This document shows, one piece after another, positions 53,645 to 64,000 of a stretch of 64,000 nt of DNA (position 1 is its first letter; every line of letters starts with the position of its first letter). The translations under genes were made by a program, and so were the position numbers. Source of the DNA: the human T2T-CHM13v2.0 reference genome, Homo sapiens; the NCBI RefSeq assembly GCF_009914755.1, contig NC_060932.1. One strand, 5' to 3'. The notes under the pieces were generated by a model. It ran no database searches. It was not told where the DNA came from and was given only the letters and a program-made list of their open reading frames with translations.

Positions 53645-53689
53645 ACCGGAGCATTTCTGGCTCAGGCCATTCCCTCACCCCTGTAAAAT

Positions 53690-54590
53690 GTCTGTCCCCT
53701 GCCACAGCCCTAGTGCTGCACTAGATTTAGGCTGCACAAAAGCTGTGAGCCTTCTGCCTGGGGAACCCCTGCAAAAGGTCCCAATAGGACTCTGTGGACC
53801 CTTGCCAGCAGGGACAATAGGATTACTTCTAGGAAGATCTAGTTTAAGTTTAAAAGGGGTACAAATACATACAGGAGTCGTTGATTCAGATTACAATGGG
53901 GAAATTCAAATTGTTATATCTACTTCTGTTCCCTGGAAAGCAGAGCCAGGAGAGTGCATAACACAGCTCCTGATTGTGCCGTATGTGAGAATGGGAAAAA
54001 GTGAAATTAAATGAACAGGAGGATTTGGAAGCACAAATAAACAAGGCAAAGCAGCTTATTGGGTAAATCAAATTATTGACAAATGTGCTACCTGTGGAAT
54101 AACTATTCAGGGAAAGAAATTTAAAGGTTTGGTAGATAAAGGAGCAGACATTTCAATCATTTCTCTACAGCACTGGCTGTCCACGTGGCCAGTTCAACCC
54201 ACTCAATTTAACATAGTTGGAGTTGGTAAAGCCCCTGAAGTATATCAAAGTAGTTATATTTTGCATTGTGAAGGGCCTGATGTACAACCTGGGACTATTC
54301 AACCTATTGTAACTTCTGTTATAATACATATAAATATAATATAAATTTATGGGGAATATAATTTTATGGGGAAGATATTTATTACAATAATGGGGAGCAC
54401 AAGTTCTAATTCCAGAACAATTATATAGTCCTCAGAATCAACATACAATCAACATACAAGTGACATTTCATACAATGCATGAAATGGGGCATGTGCCTGG
54501 TATGGGACTAGAAAAAAAATTGCAAGGTTTGAAAGAACCACTTCAAGAGGAAAGACAAAATTCCCGCCAAAGATTAGGATATCATCTTTG
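53690..54590 (+). pseudogene. pro: HML-3 dUTPase-protease-G-patch, disrupted
   Basis: SAALDL, GRSSL and GVVDSDYNGEI dUTPase motifs; protease active site reads LVDKGAD (normally DTG); G-patch-like MGHVPGMGL. Confidence 0.9.
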
Positions 54591-56200
54591 ATGGTGGCCA
54601 TTGTTAAGCCTTCAGAACCTTTACCTTTAAAATGGTTAACAGATAAGCCAATTTGGATAGAACAATGGCCACTAAGTAAAGAGAAACTGGAGGCTTTAGA
54701 GAAATTAGTTACTGAACAATTAGAAAATGGGCACATAGCCCCAACATTTTCCCCTTGGAATTCTCCAGTTTTCATAATTAAGAAAAAATCAGGTAAATGG
54801 AAAATGTTAACTGACTTAAGAGCTATCAATTCAGTCATACAACCTATGGGAGCATTGCAGCCAGGATTGCCTTCTCCTGCTATAATTCCAAAAAAATTGG
54901 CCTTTAATAGTCATAGATTTAAAAGACTGTTTCTTTACTATTCCTTTAGCTGAGCAAGACTGTGAATGTCTTGCATTTACAATTCCTGCGGTAAACAACC
55001 TGCAGCCTGCTAAGCGCTTTCATTGTTTTACAGATGGGTCTAGTGATGGTAAAGCTTCTTATTCTGGGTCAAAAAGTAAAGTTTTCCAGACGCCCTATAC
55101 TTCAGCTCAAAAAGCGGAGCTTGTAGCTGTAATTGAGGTATTGACTGCTTTTGATATGCCTATAAATGTCACTTCTGATTCTTCATACGTGGTTCATTCA
55201 ACACAGTTAATTGAAAATGCTCAGTTATGATTTCATACAGATGAACAACTGATGATTTTATTTAGCCAATTGCAAACAGCAGTTAGAAGTAGAACGCACC
55301 CTTTTGACATCACTCACATTAGGGCTCATACACCTCTTCCAGGACCTTTGACTGAAGGGAATCAAATGGCTGATTGCCTAGTTGCTAATGCAATATCTAA
55401 TGCTAGACACTTTCACAGTTTAACCCATGTTAATGCCTCTGGTCTCAAATGCAGATACAGCATCACCTGGAGAGAAGCTAAAAATATTATCCAGTGATGC
55501 CCAACTTGCCAAATGGTACATTCTTCATCTTTTACAGGAGGAGTTAATCCTCAAGGATTAGAACCTAACTCTTCTTTGGCAAATGGATGTCACACATGTT
55601 CCCTCATTTGGGAGACTAGCTTATGTACATGTGTGTGTGGACACCTTTTCTCACGTTCTCTAGGCTACATGCCAAACAAGAGTCTTCTGCCTGTGTTAAA
55701 CATCACCTTTTGCAGTGTTTTGCGGTGATGGGCATTCCAGCCTCTATTAAAACAGATAGTGCCCCAGTCTATACTAGTCGAGCTCCAGCTACATTTTTCT
55801 CCATGTGGAATATTAAACACATTACTGATATCCCATACAATTCTCAAGGACAAGCCATAGTGGAAAGAATGAATCTCTCCCTAAAACAGCAGTTGTAAAA
55901 GCAGAAAGGGGGAGACAGAGAATATGGAACCCCACAGATGCAACTGAATCTAACATTATTAACTTTAAATTTTTTGAGCCTGCCCAAAGGCCAGATGTTA
56001 TCAGCAGCTGAACAGCATCTATAGAAACCAGCTGCAAAGACAGAAACAGAACAACTGATTTGGTGGAGAGATCCAATAACAAAAATTTGGGAAATGGGTA
56101 AAATAATAACTTGGGGTAGAGGTTATGCTTGTGTTTCTCCAGGCCAAAATCAACAGCCGATTTGGATACCATCAAGACACCTGAAAGCTTATCATGGGCC
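54588..56200 (+). pseudogene. pol: HML-3 pol: RT N-terminus fused by deletion to RNase H, then integrase
   Basis: [32 protein letters not shown]; jump to FTDGSS at ~55026; HIRAHT; HHCC zinc finger; IKTDSAP; QGQAIVER; WGRGYAC. Confidence 0.92.
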
Positions 56201-56299
56201 GGGTGCCAAGGAAGAGATTCCAGGAGGACCCCGAGGACCCCCCAGTTGCAGCCATGTCAAGACTGACACTGAGGAGGACCCCAACTGTCACAAGCAACA

Positions 56300-57300
56300 C
56301 CCATTGAACACGGCCACCCACCTGGGGACAGATCAAGAAGCTGTCACAGATGGCAGAAGAAAACCTGAAGAAAGTGGGACAACCAGTCACAACGAGTAAT
56401 TTAATGGTAGCTATGATAGCAGTTATCACCACTGCCGTGAGTATTCCTTCAACAAGAGCTGACACAGAACAATTATACTTATTGGGCATATTTATCAATC
56501 TTGGCTGGTAATAATGCCTGGATATAATCACTCTGACACAGTTACACATGCTTTCCGATCTCAGTGTTTACCATAATAAATCTGCTCCTATAATCGAGGC
56601 ACACCGCCCTCAAAAACCTATTTGTAAACAAAATTCAACCTGGCTAGAAAAAATGAACATACTCATTTGGGAAGATTACATTGAAGAACAGGCAGAGGTG
56701 CTGCACAATGATTCCTATGGAATCACTATTGATTGGTCCCCTAAGGGGATGTTTAGCTTAAATTGCACCTCTCAGTCTGCGTCACAGCCACACTATGTTC
56801 AGCTGGTCTGAACAAAATGATCAGTTGGTAGAAATGATAAGAAGTATGGTGAAAGTTCCTATTATCTGGAACCATGGCGGTATAGTTGCACCTCAACCTC
56901 AAATGATATGGCTTGTTGTAGGAGCTTAACATAAGGATTTGTGGAAACTATTAAATGCTCTTAATAAGATAAAAATTTGGAAAAGAATAAAAAAGCATCT
57001 AGAAGGACACTCTACAAACTTGTTTTTGGATATAGCAAAATTAAAAGAACAAATACTTAAAGCATCCCAGGCCCACCTGACCTTAATGCCAGGAACTAGA
57101 GTGCTTAAAGGAGCTGTAGACAAATTAGCAGCTAGTAACCCATTAAAATACATAAAAACACTTGGAAGCTCTGTAATTTCAATGATGATTGTGCTTTTAA
57201 TCTGTGTTGTTTGTCTTTGTATAGTCTGCAGATGTGGATCCTGACTCCTGAGAGAAGTAGCTCACCATGACAAAGCTGCCTTTGCTTTTATTGATTTGCA
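56300..57300 (+). pseudogene. env: HML-3 env remnant (signal/SU start plus TM C-terminus, large deletion)
   Basis: Hydrophobic leader region and TM end LKYIKTLGSSVISMMIVLLICVVCLCIVCRCGS; only ~1 kb long. Confidence 0.8.
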
Positions 57301-59825
57301 AGTCAAAGAAGGTGGGCACGTTGGGAACAAGCCCCCCAAAATCTGGCCATAAACTGGCCCCAAAACTGACCATAAACAAAATTTCTGCAGCACTGTGACA
57401 TGTTCATGATGGCCATAAAGCCCATGCTGAAAGGTTGTGGGTTTATGGGAATGAAGGCAAGGAACACCTGACCTGCGCAGGGTGGAAAACCACTTAAAGG
57501 CATTCTTAAGCCACAATCAATAGCATGAGCAATCTGTGCCTTAAGGACATGCTCCTACTGCAGTTAACTTGCCCAACCTATTCCTTTAATTCGGCCCATC
57601 CCTTAGTTTCCCATAAGGGATACTTTTAGTTAATTTAATATCTATAGAAGCAATGCTAATGACTGGCTTGTTGTTAATAAATACATGGGTAAATCTCTGT
57701 TTGGGGATCTCAGCTCTGAAGGCTGTGAGGCCCCTAATTTCCCACTTTACACCTCTATATTTCTGTATGTGTGTCTTTAATTCCTCTAGCCCCACTGGGT
57801 TAGGGTCTCCCTGACTGAGCTGGTCTCGGCAACAGCCAAACTATATCATTCCACCCCGGCCCCTCCAAATCTCATGTCTTCACATTTCAAAACCAATCAC
57901 GCCTTCCCAATAGTCCCCCAAAGTCTTAACTCATTTCAGCATTAACCCAAAAGTCCACAGTCCAAAGTCTCACCTGAGACAAGGCAAGTCCCTCCCACCT
58001 ATAAGCCTGTAAAATCAAAAGCAAGCTAGTTACACTCCAGATACAATGGGGGTACAGGTATTGGATAAATACAGTCATTCCAAATGGGAGAAATTGGCCA
58101 AAACAAAGGGGTTACAGGGCACATGCAAGTCTGAAATCCAGTGGGGCAGTCAAATTTTAAAGCCCCAAAATGATCTCCTTTGACTCCAGGTCTCGCATCC
58201 AGGTCACGCTGACACAAAAGGAGGGTTCCCATGGTTTTGGGCAGCTCCACTCCTGTGGCTTTGCAGGGTACAGCCTCCCTCCCAGCTGATTTCACAGGCT
58301 GGCATTGAGTGTCTGGCTTTTCCAGGTGAACAGTGCAAGTTTCCAGTGGATCTACCATTCTGGGGTCTGGAGGACCGTGGCCCTCTTCTCACAGCTCCAC
58401 TGGGCAGTGCCCCAGTAGGGACTCTGTGTGGGGGCTCTGACCCCACATTTCCCTTCTGCACTGCCCTAGCAGAGGTTCTCCATGAACTCCCCACCCCTGC
58501 AGCAAACTTCTGCCTGGGCATCCAGGAGTTTCCATACATCTTCTGAAATCTAGGTGGAGGTTCTCGAACACCAATTCTTGACTTCTGTGTACTTGCAGGC
58601 TCAACACCACATGGAAGCTCCCAAGGCTTGGGGCTTGCACCCACTGAAGCCATATCCTGAGCTCTATAATGGCGCCTTTCAGCCACAGCTGGGGCGGCTG
58701 GGACACAGGGCACCAAGTCCCCAGGCTGCACACAGATTGGGACGACCCTGGGCCCAGCCCATGAAACCATTTTCTCCTAGGCCTCTGGGCCTGTGATGGG
58801 AGGGGCTGCTGTGAAGGCCTCTGAAATGCCCTGGAGATATTTTCCCCATTGTCTTGGGGATAAACATTCGGCTCCTCATTACTTATGCAAATTTCTGCAG
58901 CTGGCTTGATTTTTCTCCTCAGAAAATAGGTTCTTCTTTTCTATCACATTGTCAGGCTGCAAGTTTTACAAACTTTTATGCTGTTTCCCTTTTGAAACTG
59001 AATACCTTTAACTGCACTCAAGTCACCTCTTGAATGTTTTGCGGCTTAGAAATTTCTTCTGCCAGATACCCTAAATCGTCTCTTTCAAATTCAAAGTCCC
59101 ACAAATCTCTAGGGCAAGGTAAAAATGCTGCCAGTCTCTTTGCTAAAACATAACAAGAGTCACCTTTGTTCCAGTTCCCAACAAGTTCCTCATTTCCATC
59201 TGAGACCACTTCAGCCTGGACCTTATTGTCCATATTACTATCAGACTTTTGGTCAAAGCCATTCAACAAGTCTCTAGGAAGTTCCAAACTTTCCCACATT
59301 TTCCTTTCTTCTTCTGAGCCCTCCAAACTGTTCCAACCTCTGCCTATTACCCAGTACCAAAGTCACTTCCACATTTTCAGGTATCTTTACAGCAATGTCC
59401 CACTCTGCTGGTACCAATTTACTGTATTAGTTCGTTTTTGTGCTGCTGATAAAGACATATCCAAGACTGAGAAGAAAAAGAGGTTTAATTGGATTTACAG
59501 TTCCACATGGCTTGGGAGGCCACAGAATCATGATGAGAGGCAAACTGCACTTTTCACATGGCGGTGGCAAGAGAAAATGAGGAAGATGCAAAAGTGGAAA
59601 CCCCTGATAATACCATCAGATCTCATGAAACTTATTCACTACCATGAGGACAGTATGGGAGAAACCGCCCCCATGATTCAAATTATCTCCCACCGGTCCC
59701 TTCGACAATACATGGAAATTATGGGAGTACAAGGTGAGATTTTGGTGGGGACACAGCCAAACCATATCAGCTTCCTAAGTAACTGGGACCACAGGTGTGC
59801 AACACAATGCCCAACTAATTTTTAA

Positions 59826-60035
<210 letters not shown>

Positions 60036-60274
60036 TGAAAACAAAATGAATTCTCTGTCTTGTTTGGCCAGAAGACAACTTTTGCCACTTATTCCATTGG
60101 TTTAGAATGCTGAGCCAGATAACATTGCTCTTGAGTCACTACAGATTCTGTGTTTATGTTCAGTATACATCAGGCCTGACCCACATAAATATTTATGCCA
60201 CTTAGTAGGGCATGCTTACCTGACTTACCTAAATATTTTAGCTAAATAGTGACCCAAATGTCAGTTTTGGCAGA

Positions 60275-60500
60275 TCATATAATTTGATGATTAAGAGCAT
60301 GAAATTTAGATCAGACACACTTAGACTTGAATCATGGCTCTACCCCTTACCAACTGGATGACTAAGGAGAAAATATTTGACATCTACTTAATAGCTATAC
60401 TTCTATCAGCATTGTCAGTGGGATTGACTGAGATGTCTACATATAGCCTGACATAGTAGTTGGCACACAAAAAGGTTATCTACTGAATATACTTGGTTTG
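60275..60500 (+). mobile_element. MIR
   Basis: gattaagagcatgaaatttagatcagacacacttagacttgaatcatggctctacc. Confidence 0.65.
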
Positions 60501-60520
60501 AATAATTCTTGTGCAAAAAT

Positions 60521-60672
60521 AGGATGGGTGCAGTGGCTCATGCCTGTAATCCCAGCAAATTCGGTGGTTGAGGTGGATGGATCTCTAAGGCCAGGAGTTT
60601 GAGACCAGCCTGGGCAATATAGCGAGGCCCATCTCTACCAAAAATCAATAAATAAAATAAAAATAAAAGAAA
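60521..60672 (+). mobile_element. Alu monomer/left arm with (TAAAA)n tail
   Basis: ggatgggtgcagtggctcatgcctgtaatcccagc...agcctgggcaatatagcgag. Confidence 0.85.
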
Positions 60673-60679
60673 GAGATCC

Positions 60680-60975
60680 TGATTGGGGTGGTGGCTCACG
60701 CTTATAATCTCAGCACTTTGGGAGGTCAAGGTGGGAGGATCTGTTGAGCCCAGGAGTTTGAGACCAGCCTGTGCAACATGGAGAAACCCCATATCTACAA
60801 AAAATACAAAAATTAACTGGACATGGTGGCATGCATCTGGGGTCCCAGCTACTCGGAGGGCTGAGGTAGGAGCATTGCTTGAGCCTGGTGAGGTGGAGGC
60901 TGCAGTGAGCTGTGACTGCTCCATTTCACTCCAGCCTGGGAGATAGAGTGAGACTCTGTTTCCAAAAAAAAAAAA
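60680..60975 (+). mobile_element. AluJ
   Basis: gggaggatctgttgagcccaggagtttgagacc...gaggctgcagtgagctgtgactgc followed by poly(A). Confidence 0.9.
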
Positions 60976-61020
60976 GGGGGGGATCCTTTTCAATTGCACC
61001 TTATAAGGACCACAAACTTA

Positions 61021-61330
<310 letters not shown>

Positions 61331-61764
61331 TGAAATTTAAATTTATTTCAGTTATTATCTGTTAATTTAAGAATAAATGTAGATGATATACATACTATTA
61401 CAAAGTAGCTATAACAGTATGTATCTGTTGATAAAATTCTGAGTCCAAAGTTGCTTTTATTTTAGTTTGAATCTGTTTCTTTCTTTGTAAACCTAGTTCT
61501 ATTTCTCCCATTTGCATTTCCAGTTTGGCTTCTCACTGCGGTTTACCCCTGACTGATTGCTTCCTGGTGTCAGTGCTGATCTTCTAACTGCATGGAGGTC
61601 TCAGACTTACTACTGTAAGTTTAGACTTCAAGAGATAGATCGACCTCTCCTTCAACCACATGGAGCTCACCAACTGATTTCTCTTTTTATTTGCTTTAGC
61701 AAAAGTCTTGGTGTCCCAAGAAAGAATGATGTATACTATAATCTATTAAGTTTTCTCTTTTATT

Positions 61765-62140
61765 TTGTTTATTTGTCCTTTCAGTATTTGTTGAATTACT
61801 ACTATGTTCTAGATACTGTTTTAAGCTCTGAGGAGATAATGGTAAACCTGATGGAATCTTTCAAATTAGAGACAAACAGATAATTAGAATATAAGTGAAT
61901 AAAAATAGAGAATGTAAGTAATTTTCTCCCTCTAATGTTGGGGTGGGGTTAATTTGGTCCTGAAAGGTTTTCTGAATAATCTCAAAGATAAGACCTATAG
62001 GATGAGTTAGTCTGACTCAGGGATATAGAGAGGTGTGGAAAAGGGTATTTCAGATAGAGATCAGAGAGCAAAGAGAGGTGGGTTTGCTCTAGGAATTACA
62101 AGTAGAAGAGGCTGGAGTGTAGTATGCAAGGGTAGGGCAT
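61765..62140 (-). mobile_element. L2 fragment
   Basis: agtatttgttgaattactactatgttctagatactgttttaagctctgagga. Confidence 0.6.
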
Positions 62141-62849
62141 GTAACCAGGAGCTACCACTGTGGTCTCCTGTGCAAATAATTTCATAAAAGACCCTTCATG
62201 AGTGATTCTAAAACAAGATCTGACTCCCTGGAAGTAAAAGGTCTATCTCCTTGCTCTCTGATGCCCTATCCTAACTGCTTAGTCACAAAGGTGTTGTCTT
62301 TTGAGACAACATGCCTTCTTTTGTCATGCATTTAGTGCCCACAAGGCAGATTCCACAAGTCTCATTGCAGCCCATGGAGGCCTGGATCAACTACACATTT
62401 CTGTTTCTGTCACAAGGATCTCTGTAGTGGGCTTGGCACTGTCTACCCCAGAGTGACTGTCTTCTTGCCCACACTCATGGGAAATAGACACCAAGAGTAT
62501 TTGCTAAAATGGTATCTGTTGATCATAATACAATTGCCTATCTGCATAGATGCACACATGAGAGACAAGAACCAAGCAATGCACTGGTTCAGTGCCCTGT
62601 GCTTTGGTAGATGAATTCAGCTGCTGCGAGATTTTTTGCCTATTTTGCACCCCTTTTGTGGTAGGGTCTGACATAATTACAGAAGTATTTACATTCTTAG
62701 GTCTTTCTCCAGCCTTGATTTAATATTTAGGGTAAAATGAACTCTTGCCAATATTCTCTTTCTAAAAGGTAAATCCTAGGGTTGTGATTATTAGAATGAT
62801 CCCCAATTCCACCAGTTTCAGCCCCCAATCTATGAAAAATCAGGCACAC

Positions 62850-62937
62850 CCTTCCTTCCTTCCTTCCTTCCCTCCTTCCTTCCTTCCCTCCTTCCCTCCT
62901 TCCCTCCTTCCTTCCTTCTTTTTTCTCTTTCTTTTCT

Positions 62938-62994
<57 letters not shown>

Positions 62995-63062
62995 TTTCTT
63001 TCTTTCTTTCTCCCTTCCCTTTCCTTTCCTTTCCTTTTCTTTCTCTCTTTCTTTCTTCTTTT
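62850..63062. repeat. Compound pyrimidine microsatellite (CCTT)n/(CTTT)n derived from an Alu tail
   Basis: ~210 nt of pure C/T between the Alu body and the left TSD copy. Confidence 0.92.
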
Positions 63063-63211
63063 TGACAGGGTCTCACTCTGTTGCCCAGGCTGGAATGTAC
63101 TATGGCGCCATCACAGCTCACTGCAGCCTTGCACTGTGGGGCTCAGGTGATCTTCCTGCCTCAGCCTCCTGAGTAGCTAGGACCACAGGCACACACCACC
63201 ATGCCCAGCTA

Positions 63212-63263
<52 letters not shown>

Positions 63264-63399
63264 CTATATGTATATATTTTGTAGAAATGAGGTTTCACCA
63301 TGTTATCTAGTTTGGACTTAAACTCCTGAAATCAAGTGATCTGCCCACCTTAGCCTCCCAAAGTGCTGAAATTATAGGTGTGAGCTACTGTGCTCAGTC
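63063..63399 (-). mobile_element. AluJ with (TA)n(CA)n in the central linker
   Basis: TSD aaaaatc(a/g)ggca at 62835-62846 and 63400-63411. Confidence 0.9.
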
Positions 63400-64000
63400 A
63401 AAAATCGGGCATTTTCCACATCAAAAACATTTTCACAGTACTTTCCAAGTTAAAACAATAGGTATGAGGGTACTTGTAAAAAATACTAGCTAAAAAGTCT
63501 TAAGACAAAGGTGACTTTTTTTTATCAGCAGTTGGCGTAGCCCAGATCTAACCTAGTATAATGCAACAGAAAATTTCCTAATTAAATTATAATTTATCTA
63601 GTAGTTGGGAAATGAGTTGGACAGCAATGATTGTGTAACGGCGAAAAAGCAGAGAGAAAATAAAGAGACTGGAGAAGTTTTCCAGTTGCTCCAGAAGAGT
63701 CTCTAGCCACTGTCAGTCTAGACTGAAGGAAGAAAATGGTAGCCATCACTTCAACTGCATTTTCTGTTTGTCCTATGAAAATCTGTGTCTGATGCTTCCT
63801 GCAGAATCATTTTTTAGGCACTTTAGTCTCCGGCTCAAGATAATGACTGCAGAAATTGTTCAAATGGGATGGGATAATAGGTGAGAGATAGTTTTGTACA
63901 TTTTAAAGTGCTCTACAAATGTATGTTGTATATTTTTTTTCCCAGCATCTGTATGAGGAGACATCAGGAAGCAGTGTAGTGAAATGACTGAAAGTGTGGG

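Larger units (their letters stand above)
51656..57831 (+). mobile_element. HERV-K(HML-3)/HERVK9 provirus with MER9 LTRs (51656-52168, 57319-57831), deletion-type, defective
   Basis: Two 513-bp LTRs, perfect 6-bp TSD ACAGCC, PBS at 52171, polypurine tract aaagaaggtgggca before the 3' LTR, and gag-dut/pro-pol-env remnants. Confidence 0.95.
51306..59769 (-). mobile_element. Full THE1 (MaLR) element: 5' LTR 59423-59769, internal 57849-59422, 3' LTR 51306-51655 + 57838-57848
   Basis: Two THE1 LTRs (tgtattag...ggggacacagccaaac(c/t)atatca); degenerate MaLR ORF pieces (MEGSEEERKMWESLELPRDLLNG); TSD GCTTT/GCTTC. Confidence 0.93.

Noticed and set aside
58026-59825. ORFs of 100-219 aa
   Set aside because: Fragments of the THE1 internal ORF or its antisense frame; broken and not a host gene.
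62784-63121. Low-complexity ORFs (PSFL/ERKK repeats)
   Set aside because: Translation of a microsatellite.

Overview
Primate (human-like) genomic DNA made almost entirely of transposable elements. I found no supportable cellular protein-coding gene, RNA gene or CRISPR array. Main contents, from left to right: (1) an Hsmar1 mariner relic; (2) a Tigger2 inside an MLT1 LTR inside an old L1ME; (3) a 5.5-kb MER41A-type ERV1 copy structured like an L1-made processed retrocopy (starts at R, ends in poly(A)), which carries a ~130-bp templated insertion copied from 2.7 kb away; (4) a full-length L1PA5/6-like element, with an open endonuclease ORF and an open antisense ORF0, inside an internally deleted L1PA7/8-like element, itself inside an L1M; (5) a solo MER41B-like LTR with tandem GAS/STAT1 motifs; (6) an LTR12C inside an LTR16-like LTR; (7) a HERV-K(HML-3)/MER9 provirus inside a THE1 element inside an AluJ. 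Subfamily names come from my recall of consensus sequences, not a database search. Edges without target-site duplications (TSDs) are approximate. The sequence does not support a wholly new biological system. The best leads are unusual retrotransposition and repair products and a cluster of candidate TE-derived regulatory elements.
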